Below are positions 50,303 to 62,137 of a DNA stretch of 64,000 nt, one piece after another. How positions within the stretch are numbered: the stretch's first letter is position 1; every line of letters starts with the position of its first letter. Below the pieces are notes generated by a model. That model saw nothing but the letters and a program-made list of their open reading frames with translations. It ran no database searches and was not told the origin of the DNA. The DNA is from Rotaria socialis (Eukaryota): the NCBI GenBank assembly GCA_905331295.1, contig CAJNYD010000001.1, forward strand, positions 62,001 to 126,000, written 5' to 3'. The position numbers and the translations under genes are program-made.

Positions 50303-51440
50303 ATGGTATCAAAAAAACCCATCGCAATAGTTATTGGTAAGAGAGAATAAATTTTAAAAACAATGTTTGCTATTATCGAATGAATCTTCTTTTCTATTGT
50401 AGGCGTTGGTCCAGGCTTAGGAGCGTCTTTAGCTAAACGGTATGTTCTTATCTAAGAGATTGAATAGGCATGAGATTTGTGTGCTTCTTTCTTAAGATTT
50501 GCAATTGGTGGCTATTCAATTGGACTTGTTTCACGAAAAGAAAGTAGTGTACAACCTGTACAAAAAAAACTCGAACAACAAGGCCACACATGTTGTTTAC
50601 TTCTATTTTTATCATATGTTTTCCTCTCAACATGAATATTTTAAATTACAGCTTTAAGTGTTACAGCTGATGCTAGCGATATATTGTCCATGAAAAATGC
50701 TTTTCATAAGATACGAACTGAATTTGGCAGTGATCCAGAGGTACTATTGTATAATGCTGGCAGATTTATTTACAGTAAATTGAATGCTTTTACTCTATTG
50801 TCTTCATTAATCTTCTAATCGGATATAATTTATTCTATGTTAAGATAGTATTTTGGATTTGAAACCAGAAACTCTAAAAAATGCACTAAATATAAGTGTT
50901 ATTGGTGGTTTGGTTGCTAGTCAAGAGGTATATGGAAATATTCAGGACTTTGTATATAATTAGAGTTTTCATAGGTACTTCCGAGTATGATCAAACAAGG
51001 AAAAGGAACAATATTGCTCACGGGTGCCACAGCTAGCCTTCGTGGTTCAGCCAACTTCGCCGGTTGTTCTGTACCAAAATTTGCTTTACGCTCACTGTCT
51101 CAATCAATGGCTCGTGAATTAGGTCCGAAAGGTATTCACGTTGCACATATTATTATTGATGGGCAAATCAATACTCCAAATCAAATGCAAAGTAAGAATT
51201 TTTTGTTTGTCCTCAATGAAACAATAGATTAAGTGCTTAGGTCAACCTGATAGAGACATTAATTCATTTCTCAACAGTGATGCGGTATGAACTATGCAAC
51301 AGTTTTGTTTTGTTTTTCTTTTCTTTAAATGAAACTTTTATTTGCTTTAGATTGCTGAAGCATATTGGCAATTACATGTTCAACCTCGCTCAACGTGGAC
51401 ACAAGAACTTGATCTTCGTCCTTCTATAGAGAAATTTTGA
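50303..51440 (+). CDS. Short-chain dehydrogenase/reductase of the atypical classical subgroup lacking the catalytic Tyr (8 exons)
   Basis: VIGVGPGLGASLAKRF, LLYNAG, TGATASLRG, KFALRSLSQSMARELGPKGIHVAHIIIDG, WQLHVQPRSTWTQELDLRP. Confidence 0.9.
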
Positions 51441-52493
51441 TACAGTACTCTTATGTTTATCTCATCAATTTTCTTAACTGTGTTCACTATGTTTGACGGA
51501 TCGTGGCTTCATAAGCGTCTGTTCTAACTACAACAATAGCAACATCATTATTGAACTCAGTTCATTTGATTGTGTAATACGAAATATAGCTCCTATTAAA
51601 TCCATTGCATATTTTTTTTGTTTTGCTGATCTGATTACAAAATTAAAAGTTTTATAAAAAAAAATGATTTATTTTTCTAGTATTATCTAGACATAATATA
51701 GGCATAGTAGGACGTCGTTCCGCAAATTTTTCAAATGAAATTTTTATATTTTATATAACGCTTCAGCTAGTTATAACTCGTGAATTTAACGTCTCAATGA
51801 GCTGAAACTTATGTTACCGTCAGATATATAAAAGCGTTAGCTAAACTGAAAATTTCATTTCATTTGGTCAAAGCGTAACTACTTTAGATTAGGAGTGTAC
51901 AGCTCGCGCTCTCGTTCATGAGCGTGAGCGCTGCTACCTTCATATGCGTACATCATTTATCGTTAAAAGAGAATCTCCCTTCACTTGTTCTGGTATTGTT
52001 TCTGCTTCTGATAATGCGTAGTAGCTGGTGAAGCCTGAAGTTTCACTGAAGCATCAGTAAATATCATGCGCATTGAAAATCCTTAACTATTCTGTATAAG
52101 TTAACTAAATAGTTGTTAAATAATATGAAATTTTCTATTATGTAAGCTATAAAGTTCATTTATTTTACACTGGATTTCCAGGAAAAGTCAATAAAAAGTA
52201 TTGAAAGTGCAAAACAAAATGCATTTGTCCATACTGATATGACTTTTCATTGCGCGCTACATAGGAGTAGAACAAATATAGCTACACAAATATAGAGATA
52301 TCGTTTCGATCAAATACAGTGCATGTTATGCTTTTATTCTTTCGTATGTGTCAATCATGTGTTTTATTTTCACAGTCAATAATGCTCGAATAACAAATAA
52401 AATGCTCGAATAACAAATAAAGTAAAAAAAACATAACAGTGAACATGAACAACAGGGATATGGATGTATATTATAACTGAAGGTAATGGAACA

Positions 52494-52745
52494 CACTCTT
52501 AAAAAAGGGTTCTTCCCGTGTGCCCGAGGGAAGATCCTTTTATGGTTCTATGCTAAACCTTGAAAGGTTTTTCGCCAAACCTCAAGGGTTTTTACTTTTG
52601 TGAGAAACTTTGTTAGGTTACGCAGATTGATACAAAACCTTTCTAGGCTTTTTGCAAAGCTATCAAAAAGGTTCTTTCCGTGTACCCACCGGAAGATCCT
52701 TTTTTGGTTTCGTACTCTTTGCTGAACTTTTTAAAGTTCGGTATG
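52494..52745. mobile_element. CACTC-start (CACTA/EnSpm-like) element fragment
   Basis: Begins CACTCTTAAAAAAGGGTTC; internal ~45-bp direct repeat GGTTCTTYCCGTGTRCCC...GGAAGATCCTTTT at ~52507 and ~52670. Right end not found. Confidence 0.35.
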
Positions 52746-53767
52746 GAACTTATTATTTTTAGAAAGCATAACACTTATGGCTACAATTAAAATATCTCAG
52801 TAAGTAACCAATGAGGAAATGTAGCATTGAATTCTGTGATGATCGTGCAGTGGCTAAAGTGTTTGAATTCGCTAATTACTGTGTTATATATGAAACACTG
52901 AAAGTTTCAAATCTGAGTAAGATTTACTTTTCTGAGCGTTCATACTTGAATAAATATTAACAAGTTAATTATGTTTACGCAAACTATCTTGTATGTAAAA
53001 ATGTTTCCGATATCAGTTATATGACTATGTTTTGATGTAGTGAAAAATAAATTTCTTCGAGATCTTTTTTCCAAACGAACTGAAACTTCTTTATTCGACT
53101 ATGAATAATCAGAAAATAAAATCCTGCTTAAATTTGAAATGATCAACACATAAGGTAACTTTTAATTCTTTTCAATATCCAACTATTTCAATCGATGTCA
53201 GTCATGATATCTTCGTATTTTATGTGTACCGATTTTATAGTCACATATCGAATATATATGATTAATATGTTTCATCTTCTTCGATTATAGAAGAAATTTA
53301 AATTTTCGTGGAATAGAAAACCAGAGCAAAAACGAAAAAGCTTGTTGGCGCAGTCCCTTTGGGGCTAAAATGTAGAACTCACATGTACCCCTTAGATTTC
53401 CTAGCCAATTCAAACTAGCTCACTTCAAAAATCTATTTTATTCTTTAAACTTTATAGTTAGGGCATAACCTATTTGCTTATATACGTATGTAATGGGGAG
53501 GGGCGTACTTGTTTGATTGTGTCGCTCATAATGATAGAGGACAAGAAGGTATATAATATTTCACAGTTCTTTTATTAAACTATATTCTTTTTTCACTACT
53601 GAATCATACCAGATTTAAAGTATTTCACTTCAATAGGATAAATAACTACGTCAAGATAAAGTTATGTCAATACTCGTCAGAAATTTTCATCATCTGTGTA
53701 ATCATGCAGCACCAATTCGCTCAATTGTATAATTCCATAGAGTAAGATGGATCTGTTTTTATTATAT

Positions 53768-54079
53768 CCCAGCTCGAAAAATCAGATGTAAGATCGTGCG
53801 AAACCAGACAAGATCGTGCAAAAACTCGTCGTCTCTGAAATCTTACATTAAGTCTTACAATAAGACACTTGCAAGATTTTACTATTGCATAAGATTTCCT
53901 ATAATTTTATAGTCATATCTTACGATAAAATAAGATCTTTTAAGAACCTGATAGAACGAATTGATGTAAGAGTTCAGAGACTACGATTTTCATACGATTT
54001 TTTTATCGGATCTTACAAGATCATACAAGATCAGATGTAGAATCTTGTTAGATTTTAATATCTGATTGTTTGCGCTAGG
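53768..54079. mobile_element. ~310-bp MITE with long imperfect TIRs
   Basis: CCCAGCTCGAAAAATCAGAT versus (rc) CCTAGCGCAAACAATCAGAT; inner CGTCGTCTCTGAAATCTTACAT versus (rc) CGTAGTCTCTGAACTCTTACAT; AT dinucleotide on both flanks. Confidence 0.7.
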
Positions 54080-57000
54080 ATATCTAGTAACGAAATTCTT
54101 AGTCTCAAGCCAAGTAAATACAAATCTGTATCAATGAGCTATGTATAATAAGATTCTAGCTTCACTCTTAGATTGATTACATCAACAAGATAAATGAGCT
54201 TAAAAAATATTAAGGAGTTACGAATGCAAATTGAAAAGTCAAAAAGGATCAATTATTATGATCTTTAGTGATGAATAGATCACAAAATGCCTATCCGCGT
54301 CAACTATAAATATTATAGCAGGTATACGAGATATCAACCACTTTATATGCGCTTTTGTATACATGCAAGCAATAGTACATTCTTAGCTGATGATATTTTG
54401 AACAGATCTGATTTAAAGCAGAAACGCTCGCGCTCGCGAGCGTGAGCGTGAGCGGTTACCGCTCACGCTCATTTGAGTGTTCATGAGCACGACCCGTACA
54501 ACCCTACTTTAGATAGATAGAATATCGTGATAACTCACTCATTTGAAATGATTCCTTCCATCAGCGAGTTTAATAAAAGCTCTCTTTCAAAGAAATTTCC
54601 TCATTCAGAACACAATATTTCAAATTGTCTTTGTGACTACGATAGTACACGTGGTGGTGGTCAGATTCATTTTTCTCGAAATTTGTTTCTACAAACATTT
54701 AGCATCAAAACATGACAGTAACGCATTCATCTAGAAGAGAATAAATTTTATAGCTATGATTACAATCACAGGAAATTCATTGATATCAAACTGTAGCTCA
54801 ACGTCTGATGGTACTTTGATTGTTTAATTACGTCTTTTTCAATGATGCAGCATAGCTTTAAAAATATGATAGTAGACAACAAAACCCATTTTTCCTCATT
54901 TTAGCTAAAAAAACAGCTCGATTTTGACTACGCGCTACTATTTATTTTCATTATTATCTACAAGAAATAATATATATCGATTGAGAATAGACGAAACCGT
55001 ATAAAAAACTTTTAGTGCTAAACAGTCTCGTTGTCTCATGTTCAAGTAGCAACCTAAGTGGACATCGAAAACTAGTCAGATTTTCAACAACATATCCCTT
55101 ACATACGGTAAAAACAAAATATAAACTTTCTTTCAAAGGTATCCGTCTTTCGTAGCAACATATACACTATATTATTTAACTTCAGAGTATTTTGAACATG
55201 TTAAAATCAACAAGATCGACTTATTCATTTTTGTTTTTCAACAACTTTATTTATATTTCCAAAACAAAACACTTGAATTTAATTGTTTTTCTATTTAACA
55301 TTTGCAGAATATACGTCTTGACGATTTGTGAGCCCGAATTGAGGATTTTCGTTAAAATAAAGATGTTTATTAACAAATGGTTGAATTATAGTTAGACATA
55401 TAGTAACCACATCAAATTAAAAAAGTTTTAACATGTGGGGGATGTGAAACATTTTCATCACAGATGAACGGAAGGTGATCTATTTTGATAAAGTGGTGGA
55501 TTTTGTGAGGTAGGTTTATTGTTAAATAGAAATTAAAAACATAATTACTTAAGTGTAGTTATGTACTGTTTTGCGTTCCTTTGTAATTCAAATCAACAAT
55601 ATATTCAAAATTAGAGATTAAATTCTAGTGCAACTAATTCTTCCAGTTGACAATCTCAGCATGTCGTAGGAAGAATATTCGTGAATAAGAAATCTGCTTC
55701 AAGAATATTCAACTATGGTAATAGTAAAAAAAACAATAAATATTTTATAAAGCCGATTCCCATGATGAAAAAGCATATTCCAAATTGTAATAGGAATTAG
55801 GTATTAACAATTCCAGTAAAAACCCTAGCGGGAGAAGAATAATAAATACATCACTGGGTTTTCATTATTTATTTATTTCATCATACAGTCCTATCTGAAT
55901 TACAGATAAATTAGCAATCAATAATATTCTGTCATCATTGAAATGAATTGTAACAATAATTGAAAACAAATGAGTACGCCATTTTTGGCCCAGAGGTATG
56001 TCGATAAATCTAAGTATCCACCTCTTCCATTTAGAAAATTATATATATACCTTTTCCTTTTTTACTATTCTAAACGAATCCTTCTTTCTACTCTTCTACC
56101 TTACAGTTCAACTTTTTTCTCCTCCACAATATATCTCTGCCTTTGTATTCAACTTATGAAGAATTATTTGCTTTGCTTAATTCATCTATGAATAGATTTT
56201 CATAAAATTTCGTTCCAGGGTAAAATAAAATCAATTAAATCTACAAGTACGTTACTTAAATTTAAAAAAATGAAACATCATTCTATACTTCATTGTTAAT
56301 TTTGGAGCATTAAATAAAATATAAGGCCACATATTTATTCTGGTTTTCGACATGTGTTTCATGCTAAATACAAAACCATGCTGTCATAAAGAGAGGAAAA
56401 CAAAATAACAGGCGAACTGTTAATGAGGAGTATTTCTTTTTACAACAGAAGCCCTCTATTTTTTTAATGAAACGTACGAGGCAGGTAGAAATGAAAATAA
56501 ATTATCTACTTGAGGGTGTTTAAAAATTTGGATATGCAGCCTTCTGGCTATCATAAACTGTTCTGCCTGCGTTCCACCAATGTCGTTTTCTGTATTGCAT
56601 ATGTGACCAACCACAAAAGTAAATAAAACTTTTATGCTTAGAAGGATATTAATCGTATTGTATTTTATTCTATGTATCCGAGTAAGTTTGATATTTTAAG
56701 GAAAATATTTAGTTTCAAACGAAGTGGCTCACCCAAATAATGTTGTTTTATAGTTTAGTTCAAGCCCTTAGATATATTTTCAAATGATACATAAAAAATT
56801 TATAAATGATCACCGAATTATTTCAAAATTCTGCAAGCTTCCTTAGATCAAGTTTGCGTATAAATAATCTAATCAGCAATTTTGACATATGAGTATTTGT
56901 GAAAAATGATCTACATGAGTAACTAACTCCAGGAACCAAGTTAACTAAAGACTGATAAAAAATTATTAGCAGAGTTATGCGATAGGCATACTTTGTAGAG

Positions 57001-58187
57001 CGTCAACATGATATTAGATAGATACTGTTCATTCAGAAGGTCTAGTCAAAACTAATGATGAGCTCGTCAAATATATTGTTTATTTATCTATCATGAAAAC
57101 GTGAAAGCGATTACTCGCATTATATGTAAATACAATGGTCTTAATTAGCTTTTGGGAATGTCCTGCTTACGTATTTTTAATCTTTAGATATTATTGATTA
57201 AAATAAAATAGTATTAATCATGAAACCACACACCCATATGGAAATCATAACATAGATGTATTTTCCTGTTTTTTCTAATTTTAGATATAACTATAAAGAA
57301 AAATGATTTTTTTTTCTTTTCATTAATTCTTTATATAATTCTCTTGAATGCTTATATAATGGAATCTCAATACTACTGTTAATGTAAATCGTCGGAGTAA
57401 AATTCGAAGTGCTTGTCTCTTGTGAATCGTTCCAGTTATTGAATATTCATGCATATTGTTTCAATGGAAACAAAGTATGCGTTCAGCATACATATATCTT
57501 TTTTTCCTACTTAAATTGTCGTTCATCAACGTCTATACTTAATGGTACATGGAGAAATGCATGAGTCGGTTTCAGTATTTTGAATGATTATGCATCAATA
57601 TTGAAGTCAGATCGCGACAGGATACCACGCATTTGAGTTTTCATTGATAGAAAAAAAATACAAGAAATGCTGAATTTGTTTACACGGGAGTCTCGAGAAC
57701 GAATACTCTCCGCATATATTATTTCTATCATGCGTCTTGATCATTAAAGTTTCTAAGAGCAACGTTAGTGACAACAATGAGAGAAAAAAAACATACAGAT
57801 CACTTCATACGTTTTCTGAGGTAATGACGGACAAATCATAGAAGTCTACAGCTGCTCGTCAATGCGTGGGTGACGTAGGAATATCTGTCTTTTTTGAAGC
57901 AATGCAATTTAGATTTGTATCTTCATATGATCGCTGGCGGTACAAAAGCAACTTCTGAATCTTTCCTTTTTTCTCAAACAAGCTCTCGCTTAAATAGGCT
58001 GCATCTTTAATTTATTGCTTGACTTCCTGTTTGGATTACTATCATTTCATTAACTCGTATCCCTCAACATTCTCGCTTATATTCACAACAGAACTAACTC
58101 ATGGAAGTATAATAGGTATACTTACATATATTAACGACAAATAAAATTTTTTTCAATCATAATTTATATAGAACATATCTGCTCGAT

Positions 58188-58195
58188 TGACGTCA
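58188..58195. promoter_or_regulatory. cAMP response element upstream of the peptide precursor gene
   Basis: Full palindrome TGACGTCA ~400 nt upstream of the ATG; CGTCA half site at ~58488 next to TATAAAA (58499-58505). Confidence 0.4.
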
Positions 58196-58597
58196 AAGAT
58201 TGATCAATAGTGGGGGTGAATTCTTTTACGGAAATATATTGTTCACTTCTATATTCTATTTTGCTTTGTTTTGTTTGATATCTATGTTTACTTTTTGCAA
58301 CTAACATTAACCATGTTAAAGATTATGCACGGCGTTGCTATCATTGAGACAACAGAACATGCCGGTTGTTTAACTTTTCCAACTGGTAAACATGAACTGA
58401 TGCAAACGTTCGAGAGGAAAAGTATTAATAAAAATAGCTCGAAAAGGAAAGTATATTGACTTATGTTACACTTAACCGTGTTTTTTCCGTCAAATGATTA
58501 TAAAATAAATTGCACTTAAAAATCAAAATACTGCCATTTCTTTTGTTATAGATTATTGTTGTATTTTTTTCAATTAATATTCTTATAAACTATCATA

Positions 58598-59691
58598 ATG
58601 AATATCTTTCCTACTGTTGTATCATGCATTTTTATTTTAACAATCACATATGCAATTCATAGTTACCCATTATTTATTACTTCAAAGTAGATTTATTTTA
58701 ATAAATTTTTACTCGTATGTCGTGGTTCTTATTCATTTTCAGTCTCAATAACTTAGCTCCTTTTCAAATTGACAGAATTTGCTCGTATATAACACAGCAA
58801 GTTCAATATTTTATATATTTGTTCTCATTTAAAATTTATGATTTAGATTACAAAAAAAATCAGTGGATTATAAGACAACAACATCTGATACACCGTAATT
58901 ATTTTCTTTTTTGTTTCTTTTTAAATTTTCAACATGTTGTTTTATTTTAAATGTTAAGGAAAAAACGTTTTGCTATACCATTTCCTGATATGAACAGATT
59001 TCTATCGACAAGTCATAGGCTTCATCATCACAAATCTAGTCCAATGAGTGGAACTACGGCGATCAATAAAAAACATGATTTTCATGCTTATTTATGCAGG
59101 TAAAACATTTCGATATTTGTTTGTTTAGTTTATTTTTTTAAATTGACTCTTATATATTTAAAAGTATTTCAAAAGATTCTGAAGAAATGTCGAATTTTCT
59201 AAATATTTTTATTGAAGAACATGGTCAACCTCCAGCTTTCAATATATTTGAATCATGCGAACAAGTCGTCAAACGGTTTATTATTGTTGCATTAAAAATT
59301 TTCTTAATCACAACTTTTTCGTTTACATTTAGTGATGAACTAAAACTGAATAATAATGAAAACAATAGTCTAGAATCAGTTATTCGATTGAATCAATTAT
59401 CGTATGGAAAATTATTGAAAAACAAAATTTTAGCTAATTTAATTTTAATTTTTCTTTTTCTCAAGACAATTTTGCTCTAATCGATCCCGATCATCATTTA
59501 CGAAACGATGGGGACATACAGTAGAAGGACCAATATCAATTGATTTTATTCATCAAATGCTTGAATCTCGTAAAGTTAAATCGTATCCATATCCAGCTGA
59601 AATGGATCCTTATCTTGTGTAAGTTAATAAATCATTCAAAGTTTTTCAAATAAAAATTGTTCATTCTTTGTTCTTTTTTAGTGGTAGATAA
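58598..59691 (+). CDS. Putative amidated neuropeptide/prohormone precursor, 190 aa (exons 58598-58686, 58959-59099, 59165-59275, 59333-59401, 59466-59618, 59682-59691)
   Basis: Six exons join in frame with GT-AG introns. Signal peptide; KKKR, VKR and TKR cleavage sites; C-terminal ...AEMDPYLV-G-R-stop amidation signal. Confidence 0.75.
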
Positions 59692-61138
59692 ATAATCAAA
59701 ACAAAACAAAATCAATTAAGAAAATATATGAACGATATTCAATATCTGATTTTAACTTTGTTTTTCCTTATTTAGAACTAAACAGAAAGAAAAAAAAGAG
59801 ATCGTAACTATCGAGGACATCGATGCGATCAGATAACTAATAAAAATATTGCAATGGAATTTGTAATTGGTATTATCTTGCTTTTTTGCTAATATTTAGC
59901 CTCACTGAGGGTGTTGTATACTCTTGTTTACTGTCATTATGCTCAATTTTAAAATAAATCAGACATTATCATGAGTGAATAATTTCAAAGAAAAATATGC
60001 GAGGAACAACATTGATGATAGAAATTTGAATAAGTTTCTGTATTAAAAACGAAAATATATACTAGTTCAATAACACTATGTGTATAATATTCATTGCGAT
60101 ACGTATATAGCAGCTGTTTTTAATGAAGAATAATACGTCATTAGTCAAGGTCAGAGTTAAAAAGAAGATTGCAAAAATTATTCTTAATAATTTTTCAAAC
60201 AGGAAATTACCTACGTTATATTAGAGAATATTCTTAGTATTAACATTAATTGATAAAAAAATGTAATTAAATGAGATAGATTACATATAAATCAACCACT
60301 ATAAAATTTATGCAAAACAAATTATATTTTAATGAGTTAAATTAGCAAGATCTTTGTTACTAATATTTGACATAGAAAAAAGAAATCCATCGAATTCATC
60401 TCTATATTTAGTCATATTATAGAAAGAGACGAACACATTATTATCTTCGTATTTTTCTTTCTTTCTTTATTCTATGAATCTAATGGTGAATCAAAGGCCA
60501 ACCATTGCATTCTTAACCAATTTTGTCAGAAACTGAATCGTAAAGTGAATAAAATTAAATGACCTTATTGATTTTACTATTAATCTCCTTGACAACGATT
60601 GGAAATATTTGTTGCGAAAAATTAAATACAAATGTCAACCTCAATAATAAACAAGAATATTGTTCAAAGAAAGATGATGGCAATTCACAATGTGAAAGCC
60701 AGGTTTGTTGATGAATTATTGCCATCTATTGTTGGACAATTCAACGGAGGAAAGAAAATGAACTTGTTTTATCTCGACAATATCATGTACACGTCGTCAC
60801 CACATGTACATTTTCGTTAGTAAACCAGTCAGTCAGCTGAGAAGATATTTTATTTTATTTTATTTTTTTCTTTCTTTCTCGTCTCTATTATTTTACCCAA
60901 GGCTTTTTTTTTTCTTTAAGAAACGGAGGTTTATATATTTGTACTGGTTGTTCGTTTCTTTCGTTACTTTAGTCTTACTTTTGCCTCTACGAGGAAGACG
61001 ATTTCAGATGAAACGACATGACCACAAGCATCGACCGACAACACATAGACGTCGTCTTTATATTAATTGTGATTTTTTTTGTTTTAGATTTCCGATCAAC
61101 CATCATCATTATCATCATCTAAACTTGATATATTAAAC

Positions 61139-61857
61139 ATGGCTGGTGCTTCTGAACGTACATTTATCATGATTAAGCCCGATGGTGTCCAACGTGGAGT
61201 TGTTGGTGATATTATTCGCCGATTTGAACAACGTGGCTATAAACTTGTTGCACTTAAAATGCTCCAAGTATGATTTCTTAAATTTTATTCTATATATTGA
61301 AATGAAAAACAAATTTCTTATTTTTGTATTGTAGCCACCAAAAGCTTTGCTTGAAAGTCATTATGAAGAACACAAAGGTAAGACAAAACCAAATAGTTGA
61401 TTTTTCTGTAGCTAGACAATGTTTTGTTTTTCAATTTTAAGGCAAGAAATTTTATGAACCACTTTTGGAATATATTGGCAGTGGACCTGTTGTTGCTACA
61501 GTATGTTTCTATGTTTTAATTAACGTTTGTAATCAGTTGTTGTTTTTTGTGGTCTTTTAGGTTTGGGAAGGCGTAAATGTTATCACAGTTGGTCGTAAAA
61601 TGCTTGGTGCTACTGATCCAGCGAAATCGGAACCTGGTACTATTCGTGGTGATTTCGGTATCGTTACAGGACGGTAAGATATATATTTTAATATGAAAAC
61701 ATTCAATTTATTTTTAAATTTTTGTTTTCTTCATTTTAGTAATATTGTTCATGGTAGTGATTCAGAAAGTGCTGCTAAACGTGAAATCGGTTTATGGTTT
61801 CGACCAGAAGAAGTTTCCGATTGGAAACATACAGCTGAAAAATGGATCTATGAATAA
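61139..61857 (+). CDS. NME1: Nucleoside diphosphate kinase, group I (NME1/2-like; 5 exons)
   Basis: [32 protein letters not shown]...[21 protein letters not shown]. Confidence 0.95.
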
Positions 61858-62137
61858 ATACAATAAAATTCAGATTGGAACAGACAATAATCATCTATAC
61901 TATCTCAAATTAGTTCGAATTCTCCTTTTTTGAATTCCTTTTATCGGTTTCATCGTTTATGTTTGTGTTATTTTCATTGTCTGTAATCCAAGAATTCAAA
62001 TACAAAGAAACAAAATATATTTGATTTAAATTTAAATCATTTTTCAACATTAAAGCTTTGTTTTTACTACAATCACAAGAAATTACAGTTGATTATGAAA
62101 ACAAGATCGTTTATAGTTTATAGTCTATTGTTTAATA

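Larger units (their letters stand above)
51890..54506. mobile_element. hAT-type non-autonomous DNA transposon (2617 bp) with nested inserts
   Basis: Termini TAGGAGTGTACAGCTC and (rc) TAGGGTTGTACGGGTC; GTGAGC/GCTCAC subterminal repeats; perfect 8-bp TSD CTTTAGAT at 51882-51889 and 54507-54514. No transposase ORF. Confidence 0.85.

Noticed and set aside
52381..52421. 21-bp tandem duplication AATGCTCGAATAACAAATAAA
   Set aside because: Ordinary local slippage inside a TE.
52843..52915. tRNA- or SINE-like A/B boxes
   Set aside because: Only loose box resemblance; no cloverleaf could be formed.
51710..55100. Larger element enclosing the hAT insertion
   Set aside because: The flanks look TE-like but I could not pair convincing TIRs or a TSD.
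60632..61136. 62-aa and 110-aa ORFs upstream of NDP kinase
   Set aside because: No recognisable motifs or splice support; the second is low-complexity promoter/UTR sequence.
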